The position numbers were made by a program, and so were the translations under genes. This document shows, piece by piece, positions 48,603-61,740 of a stretch of DNA of 64,000 bases (its first letter is position 1; each line of letters starts with the position of its first letter). The notes below the pieces were generated by a model. It was not told where the DNA came from. It ran no database searches and worked only from the letters and a program-made list of their open reading frames with translations. Source of the DNA: Malacoraja senta (lineage: Eukaryota); assembly GCA_038087875.1 (NCBI GenBank), contig CM075994.1, positions 4,528,001-4,592,000 on the forward strand, written 5' to 3'.

Positions 48603-50967
48603 CTGGCGAGGGGCGGGGGGCGGTTGAGAGGGTTGGGGTGGGGGGGGGGGTGTGGGAAGTCCTGTTGCCAAGTGCGGCAGCAGGGGGAAGACAGAACTGT
48701 TCGGTGCTGTGTCGGAACCAGACACATGGTGACACTTGTCTGCTGCCCAGGTTGTATGTAAAACAAAGCATTTCACTGTACCTAGGTAAGTACATAACTT
48801 GTTGGAGAAAGAGGGCAGAATAATGAGCGTGAGGATACATAAGGATACTTTAGATTGTTTTGTTTAGTTTGGAGATACACCGTGGAAACAGTCCCTTTGG
48901 CCCATCGAGCCCGCGCCGAACTGCGATCCCCTCACACTAACGCTATCCTACACACGCTAGGAACAGTTTACAATTATACCAAACCAGTTAGCCCACAAAC
49001 CTGTACAAATGTGGGAGAAAAGCGGAGATCCCAGCGAAACCCACACAGCCCACAGGGAGAACGTACAAACTCCGCACAGACACCACCATTGGTCAAGATC
49101 GAACCCAGGTCTCCGGCGCTGTAAGGCAGCAACTCTACCGCTGCACGACTGGTTGGCGTAAATGGAAACCAGCGAATCCGCCATGAACAAAATATCATCT
49201 CCCTGCTTTGGACTTACTCAATAGTTCCAACAAATGGCCAGAGCACTCCCCACCCAATGGCTGTTAACAGATGTGTGAATTTAGTTTAGTTTGGTGATAC
49301 TAAAGGCCCTTCGGCCCACCGAGTCCGCACCGACCAGCAGTCCCCGCACATTAACACTACCCGACACACACTAGGGACAATTTACACGTACACAAAGTCA
49401 ATTCGCCTCCATATCTGTACGTCTTTCGAGTGTGGGAGGAAACGGAAGATCTCGGCGAAAACCCACGCGGTCAAGGGGAGAACGTACAAACTCCGTACAG
49501 ACAGCGGCCATAATCGGGATTGAACCCGGGTCCCTGGAGAGCTGCAAGCGCTGTTAGGCACCAACTAGCGGTAGAGGCTTATCATTATGCTTTTCGGAAG
49601 CAATTCTAAGTCATTGTCTTGTCGAGTGTAATGAACGTCCTGTCAATCTTTGATTTAAGAAGACCAATGGCTTGTCTTCCACAGCCGTCTGTGTCAATGA
49701 ATTCCACAGATTCACCACTATCTGGTTAAATAAATTACTCCACATTTCCATTCCAAAGATAGGTCCTTTTATTCGGAGGCTGTGCCCTTTGGCTCTAGAC
49801 TCTCTCACTGCTGGAAACATCGAAGAAGGTTTGCGAAGGAATGTCGGAGTCCTTGTTGAGGTATATCTCTAATGGAGGACTCTTGACCTATGGGTCACTC
49901 GCTAGGATAGACCTCACGTTCGACTGCAAGATTATCCACACCATCAAAAGCCCACCAGGGTCTTCCAGAGAAAGGTGCTATCAGTGATCGATATGCTTCC
50001 AATTAGCACAGGGAACGATCTAAGACTGCCTACCAAGGACAGAGTTGGTGTGCCACAAGGAACTGCAAATACGGGGTTGCAACAAAAGACTCAGACTGCT
50101 GGGGTAACTCAGCGGGTCAGGCAGCATCTCTGGAGTACATGGATCGGTGACGTTTTGTGTCGGGAGTCGGGACTCTTCTTCAGACTGATTGCGGTAGGGG
50201 GGAGAAGCCTGGAAGAGAGAGGTAGGGGGTTGGACAAAGATTGGCAAGTGATAGGTGGATACAGGTGAGGGGGATTATGATTGGTAGATGGTTGGACAGA
50301 GGCCAAAGATGTAAAGACAAAATGTGTAAGATAACATTCAGGGTGGCACGGTGGTGCAGCGGTAGATTTGCTGCCTCACCGCGCCAGAGACCCTGGTTCG
50401 ACCCTGACTACGGCTGCTGTCAGCACGGAGTTTATACGTTCACCCTGTGACTGTGTGGCTTTTCTCCGGGTGCTCCAGTTTCCTCCCACACTCGAAAAAC
50501 CTACAGGTTTGTAGGTTAATTGGCTTGGTATAATTGTAAATTGTCCCCAGTGTGTGTAGGATAGCGTTAGTCTGCGGGGATCGCCGGTCGGCGCGGACTT
50601 GGTTGACCAACCAAAGGGCCTGTTTCCGCGCTGTATCTCTAAACTCAACTAAACTAAACATGTAAAATACATTTGGACAGGTACATGAAGAGCAAAGGTT
50701 CAGAGGAATTTGGGCCAAATGTGGGCAGCTGTGACCAGTGAAAACGTGGCATCTTGGTCGACATGCGCAAGTTGAGCTGGAGGCCTCTATAAGGAACGAA
50801 GCTCCATGAAATGTAAAGCCAGAGGAACGATTACAGGTGGAAAGGGAGGGGGGAACGGGGAAAGAGAGAAAGGGCGCGCAGCCAGATGGGGCAAAGGGAA
50901 AAGAGGAGGGGGGGGGGGGGTGGTTATCGGTTAGTTACCTAAAAGTGGAGAATTCAAGGTCCATAAC

Positions 50968-52010
50968 GTAGGTATGTTACAATACTTGCCTTCAGCGGCG
51001 CTGTAATTCTGTCACCGGCCGTGTGCGCGATTTTGGCGCCTTTAAGGGGGGGCGGGGTTAAAGCGCGGGTTTCTCCTCCCTTGTCCTGAATTATACTTTG
51101 TTGGAGTACCAGCTTCTCTGGAAGAAGCGTTCCGAGTGCCGTTTTGCGTAGTTTGTTTTAAAAATCTCCCAACAAGTTCAGCGTTGGAACCATTTTAAAA
51201 TCATCTTCTGAAGCGTCAACGCCAACAACGGGGACGGATTTCACACAAGGGAAAGGTAAACGAAAGTGCTTTATTTTAATGTATAAACGTTCTCCTTAAG
51301 AGGCCTTTAATTCACATTTTTACATGCGACACGGTGATTTTATTCCCCGAATTAACGGCAGTATTTTTCATGCCAATACGGGGTTAAATTCACCGCAAAT
51401 CAATGTTCCAAAAGATCGCGTTCCAGAAATCCTCACTCGCAAAATGAATTAAATGCCCATTAATTTACAGGTATTAAACATTCAATTCCTTCCATTTGGC
51501 CTGTAAATTCATGAAAATTAGATTTAAAAATTATGTTATATTGTGAATTATTGTGTGAATGTTATTTGGACACTTAGGCTATTTAAAAATGTTAATCTAT
51601 TCTTAAGAAATTGATAGATGTTTAGATCTAGTAATTGAATTTTGTAATTAGCTACAATTAGGTAATTAACTAATTATATGCTTTACTTTCATGTCTTCGA
51701 AGTAAGATTGTTTCATATTTGTTTCAGAATGCTTCAATCTATAATAACTGAAAATTTCTTTCAGTTATCATAATTTTAAAGAAAGTTATGGGCTTTTAAC
51801 TGTCCTCGATCACAGCTTTTGTGTTAAGTCAATGGAAAAGCAATAGGGAACTAGATGCTAATTTCTGAGTATGATAATGGCCATAACTTTTTTAATACTG
51901 AAGATATGAAAGTGAATTAAGTGTCAAATTAAACCTCTTATTATGCTTTATCTGATGGGATAAATTGCAGACTTTATTTTTAAAATCTCAAAATTTTGTA
52001 ACATTGCTAC
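50968..52010. mobile_element. Non-autonomous DNA transposon, 1043 bp, imperfect TIRs
   Basis: Left end GTAGGTATGTTACAA versus right-end reverse complement GTAGCAATGTTACAA; AAC on both flanks; the flanks rejoin into an older Penelope-like repeat; no ORF. Confidence 0.7.
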
Positions 52011-52734
52011 AACGTGGGTTGTGAGTTCAATATCAGGTGCTGATTCTCCATTGCTGAAGAGGGTACCGTCAACCAGTGGTACTTTGGGCAATCTTTGGTT
52101 TAGTTTAGAGCGTGGAACAGGCCCTTCGGCCCACCGAGTCCACCAGCGACCCCCACAAACTAAAACTTTCCACACACTAGGGACAATTTACAATTTTACC
52201 GAAGCCTGTACGTGTTTGGAGTGTGGGAGGAAACCGGAGCACCCTCCGATTTCTTCCCTCCACCACCTCCAGTTTAAATTCCATTTGGAATATTTTGGAG
52301 GACCAAGAAACCAAGAAGAAACCACCCGGAGAAAGCTCACGCAGGTCACGGGGAGAACGTCCAGTCTCCGTAAGACAGCACCCATAGTCAGGATCGAACC
52401 CGGATCTCTGGGGCTGTGCGGCTGCAACGTTACCGCTGCACCACCGTGCCGCCCACCACAGTACCACCGTGTAATTGCACAGTGTAAAGTCCTTCTACCA
52501 GTGCACAGTGGGGCCGGAACCCTCATTACCACGCAAACACATAACTCACTCTTTGCACGTAAAGGAAAATTGATGCAATGCTGAGATATTGCAAACCTTG
52601 TAAACGAATTGAGTGCGATTCCATACGTGGTGTTAGTGACATTACTGTAACTGAATCAGGCAACTGAATCATCTGACGACGACCAGAGAGCGGTCCTTGT
52701 TGGTGACCCTCGGACTATCCTTGATCGGACTTTG

Positions 52735-52995
52735 TGCAGGAAGCAATTGCAGATGCTGGTTTAAACCGAAGATAGACACAAAAAATTGGAGTAACTCAGT
52801 GGAATAGGCAGCTTCTCTGAAGAGAAGGAATGGATGACTTTTAGGTCGAGACCCTTCTTCAGACTGCTAATAATGAAGGGTCTCGACCCTAAAACGTCAC
52901 CCATGCCCTCTCCAGAGGCGCTGCCTGTCCCGCTGAGTTACTCCAGATTATTGTGTCTAATTCGGTTTAACCAGCGTCTGCAGTTCCTTCCTACA
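52735..52995. mobile_element. Inverted pair of short Penelope-derived terminal repeats (foldback)
   Basis: GCAGATGCTGGTTTAAACCGAAGATAGACAC...GAGACCCTTC | GAAGGGTCTCGACC...GTGTCTAATTCGGTTTAACCAGCGTCTGC, symmetric about ~52868. Confidence 0.75.
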
Positions 52996-53796
52996 CATTT
53001 TATGCTCTGCTAACTAACTTCGGCGATGAGGTCGGTTGGAAGAGTAGGACTACACCCTCGCTTATGGAAGGACCGTCCAGGAGTTCATAACAGCTGGGAA
53101 GAAGCTGTTTAACACACAGGTGCTATGTGTTTTCAAGATTTTGGATGTTCTGCCTGACAAAGAGGGGAGAGGAGAGAATGACTTGGCTGCACTCAGCAAT
53201 CAGTCTGACGTAGGGTCCCGTGTACCAAATCATGAGAGGAATAGATCGGGTAGATGCACAGAGTCTCTTGCCCAGAGTGTAAATCCTGGCCAAAATAGAG
53301 CCAAAATAAAGCAGATGATTCATGCATTTACAAGGCCAGATAGCCCTTTCTGTATAAGAAGCCACAGGCTGTTAGCCGGTGCCGGGAAGTTCTAGGTCCC
53401 AGATCAACAACTCAAAAAAGGAAGGTCCAAGTATCTTTGCAATTGTTAATATGTATGAGAATCTTGCAGAGGAACTCCAGGGTAGTGTAAATGCACGAGT
53501 TTGATTGGATTACTGCAAAGGGATTGTAAATAATGTAAATAATGTTGCCAGACAGTTACCCTGCTGATTGTCGATTGGCCAGACAGTAAAGCCCTGGCTG
53601 AATTGTTTGTGTTCTAGGGTAAATGTTGCACTATTCAGTTAACCTGACTTCTTTCCAGAGGTTTATGTAAGAAACATTGGTTTGAGACTCTTTGGAATTG
53701 GTTTGGGGGAACTGTCAATAAATATTGATGTAATTAATTAATATGTTTGATTGGACTGTAAAGAGACCACCCCTATATTCGGACCAAAGATCATAG

Positions 53797-54560
53797 AGCA
53801 AAAACAGGAAGGCAGATTACTATCTAAATGGCGTCAAGTTGGGAAAAGGGGAAGTACAACGGGATCTGGAAAGTAAGCATGCAGGTACAGCAGGCAGTGA
53901 AGAAAGCAAATGGTATGTTGGCCTTTATAACAAGAGGAATCGAATATAGGAGCAAAGAGGTCCTTCTGCAGTTGTACAGAGCCCTAGTGAGACCACACAG
54001 GGAGTATTGAGTGCAGTTTTGGTCCCCTAATTTGAGGAAGGACATTCATGCTATTGAGGGAGTGCAGCGTAGGTTTACAAGGTTAATTCCCGGGATGGCG
54101 GGGCTGTCATGTGCTGAGAGAATGGAGCAACTGGGCTTGTACACTCTGCAGTTTAGAAGGATGAGAAGGGATCTTATTGAAACATATAAGATGGTTAAGG
54201 GTTTGGACACGCTAGAGGCAGGAAACATGTTCCCGATGTTAGGGGAGTCCAGAACCAGGGGCCACAGTTTAAGAATAAGGACTAGCCATTTAGAACGGAG
54301 ACGAGGAAAACACTTTTTTTCTCACGGAGACTGGTGAGTCTGTGGAATTCTCTGCCTCAGAGGGCGGTGGAGGCAGGTTCTCTGGATGCTTTCAAGAGAG
54401 AGCTAGATAGGGCTCTTAAAGATAGCGGAATCAGGGGATATGGGGAGAAGGCAGGAACGGGGTACTGATTGGGGATGATCAGCCATGATCACATTGAATG
54501 GCGGTGCTGGCTCAAAGGGCCGAATGGCCTACTCCTGCACCTATTGTCTATTGTCTATTG
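53797..54560 (+). mobile_element. CR1 3' fragment with (CTATTGT)n tail
   Basis: QFWSPNLRKDI...SRTRGHSLRI; tail at 54541-54560. Confidence 0.9.
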
Positions 54561-56162
54561 AACACGCGGAGCCCGCGGAAAGAGAAATTGTTTCAATCTT
54601 TATATTTTCACAAAAGCATTTCTGTTCGGTTGACGGACGCGGTTAACGCGTTAATATGAACGGATCGACAGACAGCTCTGATTTCAATTGCAGTTTATTT
54701 CACGAAGAAACGATAAAGTTTCGAAGAAAGGATAAAGTTTCTCCGTGAATTTATTCCCAGTGAAGTTGTGGAGATGGGACTTGGTGTCCGCGTCGTAAAA
54801 TGAAACTGTCCCGGACTCGGAACTGAGATAAACTCCCAGCCTCACGGGGATGGGACTGACGGGGAGGCGGGATGGAGGGGAGGTGAATGCATAAATCCAC
54901 CACCCCACCCCCGCCCGATGCTCCAGACTCCAGTCTCCGGGGTTAGTGTGACCCCTCCCTTCCTCTCCACAGACTCTGCGACGACTCCCAGACTCCAGAC
55001 CCGACTCCCTGCCACCTCCACCTCCCAGTAATGTCTCCCCGATGTGAATCCCTCCGATCCCAGCACACACGGACTGACAGTAAACCTCCTCCCGATGTCA
55101 GGGAGACTCCTCTCTGTCCCGGTCCATCTCACCCTCTTCCGATCCTCAGACACCTCGAGCCCCGGGTGCGCTGTTTCCACATCCAGGGTGACGGAGACGG
55201 GGGAGAAGCAGAGAATCAGAGAGTCCCCGGGGATCGGGGGGAGACTCGGGCAGCGCGGCCCCTGGACCGGGGGAGAGGCCGCACTGCCTCAGGCACAGGC
55301 GGGACAACTGAACCACATCGGATTGACATTAGAGATCTTTCCAGGAGTTTTAATCCAGAGATGGAGAGGGGAATTTCTTGAGGTGGGGGAGGGTGGGCGG
55401 GGAGGACGAGTGCGGAGAGTGAGGAGGATTGCGGTGGAGATGAAAGAATGAAGCGGGCTATTCAGATATGGAGGCAGATCGGAGCAAGAGGATATAGGAG
55501 GTGACTGGTAATTTGAGGTTCTTAACGAGGAGGTAGAGGTGTGGGGTGGAGTCACCATGATCATAGTGAATGGGGGGGAGACATGAGGGGCCAGAGGACC
55601 TGTCCCTGATCTTTGAGTGGAGGGTGAGAGGGAGGGAGGGTTGGCTTGGACCATGGAAGGAAGCAGAGGTTGAATGATCGGATGTTAGACAGAATGGGTG
55701 GGGACTTGTGGTTGCAGGGTCGCTGAAAGAGAGGGGATTCACGGGTGGATTTGGTGGGTGTGTACAACCAAGAACACACTGATCTCATTGTGAACCAATA
55801 TATGAACTTCACTGAGGGACTTGACAATGTTCCACATGTAAGGCTGGTTCAGAAAGTGAAGGCAGGTGGGATCCAAGGCGAGCTGGTGAAATGGATCCTA
55901 AATTGGCTTGGTGTTTGGAGGTAGAAGATAGCGGTGGAAGGATGATTTTTCGGCTTGGAGATCTGTGACTGGTGGAGTGCAGCAGAGATCGGTGCTGCAA
56001 CCTTTGCTGTTTATTTGATATTTTTGTAGTTTCGATGAGAATGTCGGAGTTATGAGTAGTAAGTTTGTGGAGTACGTGACACTTGTGGAGAGTGAGGGAG
56101 GTTGTTAAAGTCTGCAGCAGGACGTCGGGTAGATCATCAAAAACCTTATTCTCATTCAGGCA

Positions 56163-57436
56163 TAGGGAGGTTGAACGCAATCGAGGTCACGACCCAGTGA
56201 CCCGTACTATTGCCACACAACGCCAACTGGAGGGCACGCCATGAACTGCAGGTAAGCATTTACTATGGCGGCCAGCACAAGACGTCCCTTCTTCTGGCCC
56301 AGCATCCGAACTGGTTGCACACTTGCGGACCCCGGGCCGTCTATCCCCGTGGGGGGGGGGGAGGAGGAGGGGTTCGGGGGGATGTTGGGGGGTGGGGGGG
56401 GAGGAAGAGGTCGGGGTGTCGGTGCAGCGCGGCCAGTGACTCTGGGTGGGCGGAGGGAGCAGACCGTCCCCAACTTTGCTGCAGCTGACGTTGCCCAGAG
56501 CCGCGGCTCCGCTTCACCAGGCCCCGCTTCACCCGGCCCCGCCCTACCTGGCCCCGCTCCACCCGGCCCCGCTTCACCCGGACCCGCTTCACCCGGCCCC
56601 GCTCCACCCGGCCCCGTGTGTGGGCGCTAGCGACCCACAGCCCCTGACAGTGCGGCCCACAGGGAGAGACGGGGTGGAGGGCGGCCATGGCAGGACTGCG
56701 CTGACCACGGGGGGGGGGGGGGGGGGGGGGAGTGGGGGCTGTCCCGAGGGATGCTCTCCTTCGGCCGCTAACACCTTGGTGCTCGGGTTCAGAGCAAACA
56801 TACTGGAGCATTTGGTTCTGAGCGCTCAGTCACCCAAAAAATAACCCCACAATATTGCAATCAAATTGCTCTGACTTTGAGTTCACTTTATATAGAGAAG
56901 GCTTATCGAGATGGTGCTGTGTCTCTGGACACGACAAGGAATGCGGCTATTAGTCGCGGATTGTAAAAGACGATACACCATGAGATAACACCAGTTTAAA
57001 CATGATACCTTCCCGCTTTCAATGACAGTACCCACTATTATTTACAGCGCAAAAAATGATCATTTCGGCGGTTTTCAACAGGAAAGAAACATGGAAACAT
57101 AGAAACAGGGAAAATAGGTGCACGAGTAGGCCATTCGCCTCTTCGAGCCAGCACCGCCATTCATTGTGATCATGGCTGATCGTCCCCAATCAATAACCCG
57201 TGCCTGCCTTCTCCCATATCCATTGATTCCACTAGCCCCTGGAGCTCTATCTAACTATCCCTTAAATCCATCCAGTGTCTTGGCCTCCACTGCCCTCTGT
57301 TGCAGGGAATTCCACAAATTAGGTACGCGTTCCGTGTGTTAACAGTGTATACCGAGGCCGCCATGTCCTCCACATGGATTGAGCTGCTCCGTGCGTCACG
57401 CCCTTTGACCCGATGACCTTACGTGCAACCCCCCTA
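56163..57436. mobile_element. Putative non-autonomous TIR element containing a 15-bp minisatellite (~56505-56615) and a CR1 tail (~57087-57320)
   Basis: Left end TAGGGAGGTTGAACGCAA versus right-end reverse complement TAGGGGGGTTGCACGTAA; (CCCCGCTTCACCCGG)n inside. Confidence 0.55.
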
Positions 57437-59329
57437 AACCAATACAAGGGAGCGCAATATTATTGTGAGGGGGCGGAGTTTTAAAGTGGATCTGAGTGCT
57501 GAGTTTTCTTCACACTGAGATTGGTTGTTATCTGTAACATGCCACAGAGGGGGTGATGGAGCCTGATATAATCACTACGTTTAAGTGACGTGTAGAACAT
57601 AACCAATGTAATGTGGGCAAACAGATTAGTGCAGCTGGGAAATATGTGGACATGGACGTGATGGGCCGAAGTGCCTGACTCCGTAATGTACAACCATGGC
57701 CCTTGGCTCCAAGAGCACTGAATGACTGAGTCTCACAGCCACCAGTGCAGGGAATTCCAAAGATTCCCGTCTCTGCTTGCAGTAATGTCTCCTTATCTCT
57801 GTCCTAAATGGTCCAGCCTACATTCTGAGGGTGCCTGCTCTCCAGGCCTCTCAGGCAGGGGAAACATCGTCCCTGCATTCAGCCCACTGAGCTCTGTAAG
57901 GACTTTGTGTTTCACTAAGATCTCCTCTAGTACACTCAAATGCTCAAGTACACAGGCCTAGTCCACTCAATCTCACCCCGCACAGGAAACTAATTGCTCC
58001 AGGGACAAATATTGTCGATCTTTGCTGCATTGCCTCTGTGCCAAGTCTATCCTTCCATCGGTACACAGGAGCATAGGAACACAAGAAAATAGGAGAAGGA
58101 TTAGGATCTGCTCCTCAGGCTTGCCCCTCCATTCAATGTGACCATGGCTGATCTCAGATGGCACCAATTCCTCTTCTGCGTGAGTTCCCCATAATCGTAT
58201 TTTTTCGATCTAACAATTATTTATTTGTAGCCAAGTTGTACACATCCAATAGCCTTTTACCACCATCTTGGGCAGAGCATTACAGATATTCACTGCCATC
58301 TGAGAATGCAACTTGTACACATCGCATGAGAGGCCGCTCTGGAAGGTTGGATCTCATGGAATCCGGGGTGAACTAGCCGATGGAATACAACATTTACCTG
58401 TAGGTCGCAGACAGAGGATGTTGGTAGAGGGTCGTTTTTCAGACTTGAGACAGAGTCCACTGTTGTTCCTTATTTATATAAACGATTGGGTGTGTATGTA
58501 GGTTGCACAGTTAGTCAGTTTGCAGATGGAACTAAAATTGGTGACATTGTAGAGAGTGAAGAAGGTTATGTGAGAGTAAATGCGATCCCTGTGAACTGGG
58601 CCAATGGGCTCAGGAACGGCAGGTGGGATTTATTCATGTGAAGGTGAGGTGACGCACTTTGCTGAGACAAACCAGGGCAGGACATACACAGTAAACGGAG
58701 AGCTTTATAGAACTGAGAGATCGCGGGGTGCGGGTACACAGTTTAATGGAAAATGCAAGAATGACAGGCAGGTGTGGTGAAGAAAATGTTGTCGGTCATG
58801 CTCATTTGCAATAGTGGGGACATTTGCCTTTGTAGCCTGCCATGCTTGCTGTATATACGTGTATAAGATCTATATCAGGTGCACAGATAAGGTGAAAAGC
58901 CACAGTATTCTTCCAATCGAAAACTAGAAGACAGTGCATTTAGGGTGAGAGGGAAAATACTAAAGGGCACTTGAAGAGCAGCTTTTCCCGTCAGTTGGTA
59001 GTGAATATATGGAAGGAACTGACAGAGGACTTGGTCGAGGCAGGTACAATTATGAAATTTTAAAGATACTTGCGCAGATACGTGGGTGAGAAATACTTGG
59101 AAGGATATGGGCCAGACTCAGGCATGTTGGACTAGCTTGGTTGGGCAACTTGGTTGGCATGGTCGTGTCGAGTCAAAGGGCCTGTTTCTCTGCTACATAG
59201 CTCTCTGACTCTGATGCTTGCCAGAAGATGAGTTTGGTGGTAGATCAAATCTTCAATTTCCCTTCAGCCCAAAATACCATTAATGTTTACATCTATGTAT
59301 TATTGTATGTATTGCTATGTATTACGTCT

Positions 59330-60507
59330 AACATACGTCAGAACGCTGTTCCTGGATTACAGTTCGGCTTTTAATACCATTCGCCCGGGCAGGCTGATTG
59401 AGAAGCTGACAGACCTCGGCGTCGCGACTCCCACCTGCAACTGGATCTTGGATTTCCTGACTGAAAGACCACAGGTGGTGAGGATGGGAAGGAGGGTGTC
59501 TGCAGAGCTCACTGTCAGCACAGGATCACCACAAGGCTGCTGTCTCAGTCCCAAACTTTTCACCCTGTACACACACGACTGTGTCTCCACCCAGGGAAAT
59601 ACCATCATTATTAAGTATGCGGATGACACCACCATCCTGGGCCTCATCAAGGGGGGGGGACGAGTCGGGCTACAGGAATCTGGTGAATGACATTCTTGCC
59701 TATGATGAGGTGAACGACCTAAGCCTCAACACAGACAAGACAAGAGAAATAATAATGGACTTCAGAAAAAATCCACCCCCTGCAGCCCCTCATCATCAAG
59801 GGGACTGTGGTGGAGAGGGCTAACAGTTACAGATACCTGGGATTACAAGTAACATCAGATCTGAACTGGACCTTTGAACACTGCCGCAACATGAAAAAAG
59901 CCCAGCAGAGACTGTACTTCATCAGGCTGCTCAGAAAAGCTGGTCTGCACTGTCGCCCTCTCACCCAGGTCTACAAAGGACTGATAGAGAGCATCCTCAC
60001 CACAGGCATTACGGTGTGGTATGGAAACACCACACAGACAGAGAGGAAGGCTCTGCAAAGAGTCATAAAGACTGCAGAGAGGATTATCAGAACGGAACTT
60101 CCCTCCATGGAAACAATCTACACACAGCGCTGTCAAAAAAGAGCAGAGAGAATCATCAGAGACACACTACATCCAGCTCACTCCCTGCTCAAACACAAAA
60201 ACTGCACATACAACCTCAGGCACAGACGAGCGGACAGCATCGCCACAAACAGAACACGCTTTTTCAAGAGCTTCTTCCCTGCCACAGTGAGACTCTTGGC
60301 CAAAACAAAATGAAATGATGTCCTGACCCACCTCATAACATATCATAGTATATGTGTTTATAGTTTATAGATTATGTGTTTTTCTGTGTGTCTTTTTAAC
60401 TTGACTTGACTTGACTCGACTCTCTGAACAACCGCACAAGAATTCCTATGTGTGTAAGCACAAATGGCAAATAAAGTTTTTGATTTGAATTGATTTGATT
60501 TGATTTG
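59330..60507 (+). mobile_element. Rex/Babar LINE 3' half
   Basis: [62 protein letters not shown] followed by a (TTTGA)n tail. Confidence 0.9.
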
Positions 60508-61132
60508 ATACTTAAAGATGTCAGAAACAAGAATAATGGAAAAGGTATAAGCTTTACCTTGCTTGATGGCATCAGGTGTTTCTGCCAATACCGTGTTGTA
60601 CAAAAAAGGATTTTCAAATTTTTCAATCAGCAAGCTGCCATCTACCACCGACAGTGGTTTGGCTTCATCAGGAACCCTGTGAATATTTAACAGCTGGTCA
60701 TAAACTGAACATTACAAATGTATTCAAAAATGCTGGAGAAACTCAGCGGGTGAGGCAGCATCTATGGAGCGACGTTTCATTGGGCTGTTCAACAAAAACT
60801 TACAATGTTTCCATCAAGAGCATGTCCCACCTTCGCTTGCGACCAGCTTCCTCCTGAAAGAATAAAACACAAATCTCAATTGACTGAGATGGACCGTCCT
60901 CATCCCGAATTTCACCAAATTTCTACAACTCTCTGATAATTCCCATTTCCCAACTGTCATGCAGACAGAAAGCGGATATTGCCGTGGATACGTGGAATGA
61001 GGAGTGAAAGCGCAGGGAATGTTCATGAGAATGACGCCATAACTGAGAGGATGGAACTCAATGCAATGATAGACACAGAAAGCTGGAGTAACTCAGCGGC
61101 GCAGGCAGCATCTCTGGAGAGAAGGGAAGGGC

Positions 61133-61160
61133 GACGTTTCGGATCGAGACCCTTCTTCAG
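61133..61160 (-). ncRNA. Minimal hammerhead ribozyme-like core in a Penelope-derived short repeat (best-preserved of about a dozen copies)
   Basis: CUGAAGA-A-GGGUC(UC)GAUCC-GAAAC-GUC: both catalytic core boxes, stem II, and a palindromic ACGU in place of stem III. Confidence 0.6.
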
Positions 61161-61324
61161 GTGTAACGTCCAAGGAACGTTACACGCATTCTACAGAGAG
61201 GCAGGCAGAGCCTGATCCCTACGGGTTCCCTCCCGGAAACGGGAATTTGTTTACGACCCATTCTTTCAAAGAAAATGAATCTGTTTTGCGAAGAGGAAAT
61301 GCTGGAAACACAATGGAGATGCAG

Positions 61325-61740
61325 AGCGTCGACGGACTTTATGAGCCGGGGGAGCCCGGAGCTCAGGACCCCGCCGCCCGCGGCTGCTGCTGAACCCGCG
61401 GTCAATGGGGTTTCGGACGCGAAACGGCGGCGGAACAATCAATGAAAGGGGCGGGGCCCGGCTGAGGGGGGGCGGAGCTCAGTCCCGTCAATCACAGTAC
61501 CGACCAGATGTGGATGTCATTTGAAATAAGCTTCGGGGAGAACTGGGCATAAACTACACTATGAGAGATGTAGTGGAATTAATCGGAAGTGGAATTAAAC
61601 CAAGGCACACCTAACTTTGGTATAACAGTTACTGTAGCACTATTTGAAAAACAAAAAAAAGTATATTTTCCTGGTATGTTTGCAAACATCTATCTCTCTA
61701 GTAATATCACTCAAATAGATTATTAAAAGCGTTCTTTATC
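61325..61740 (-). promoter_or_regulatory. Copy of the TRIM promoter-like block, lying inside TRIM-C intron 3
   Basis: Reverse complement aligns with 21870-22230 (GTGCCTTGGTT.AATTCCACTTCCG, AATGACATCCAC, GAGCTCCGCC, CCCCGCCCCTTTCATTGATTGTTCC). Confidence 0.6.

Noticed and set aside
47633..48840. S/L/P- and E/R-rich ORFs of 165-289 aa
   Set aside because: Translations of CT-rich low-complexity DNA.
53278..53790. Possible solo LTR starting TGTAA
   Set aside because: Truncated by a CR1, with no CA end, target duplication, primer-binding site or polypurine tract visible.
56265..56630. Collagen-like or Pro-rich ORF (PGPAS repeats)
   Set aside because: Translation of a 15-bp minisatellite inside a putative transposon; not Gly-X-Y and no splice signals noted.
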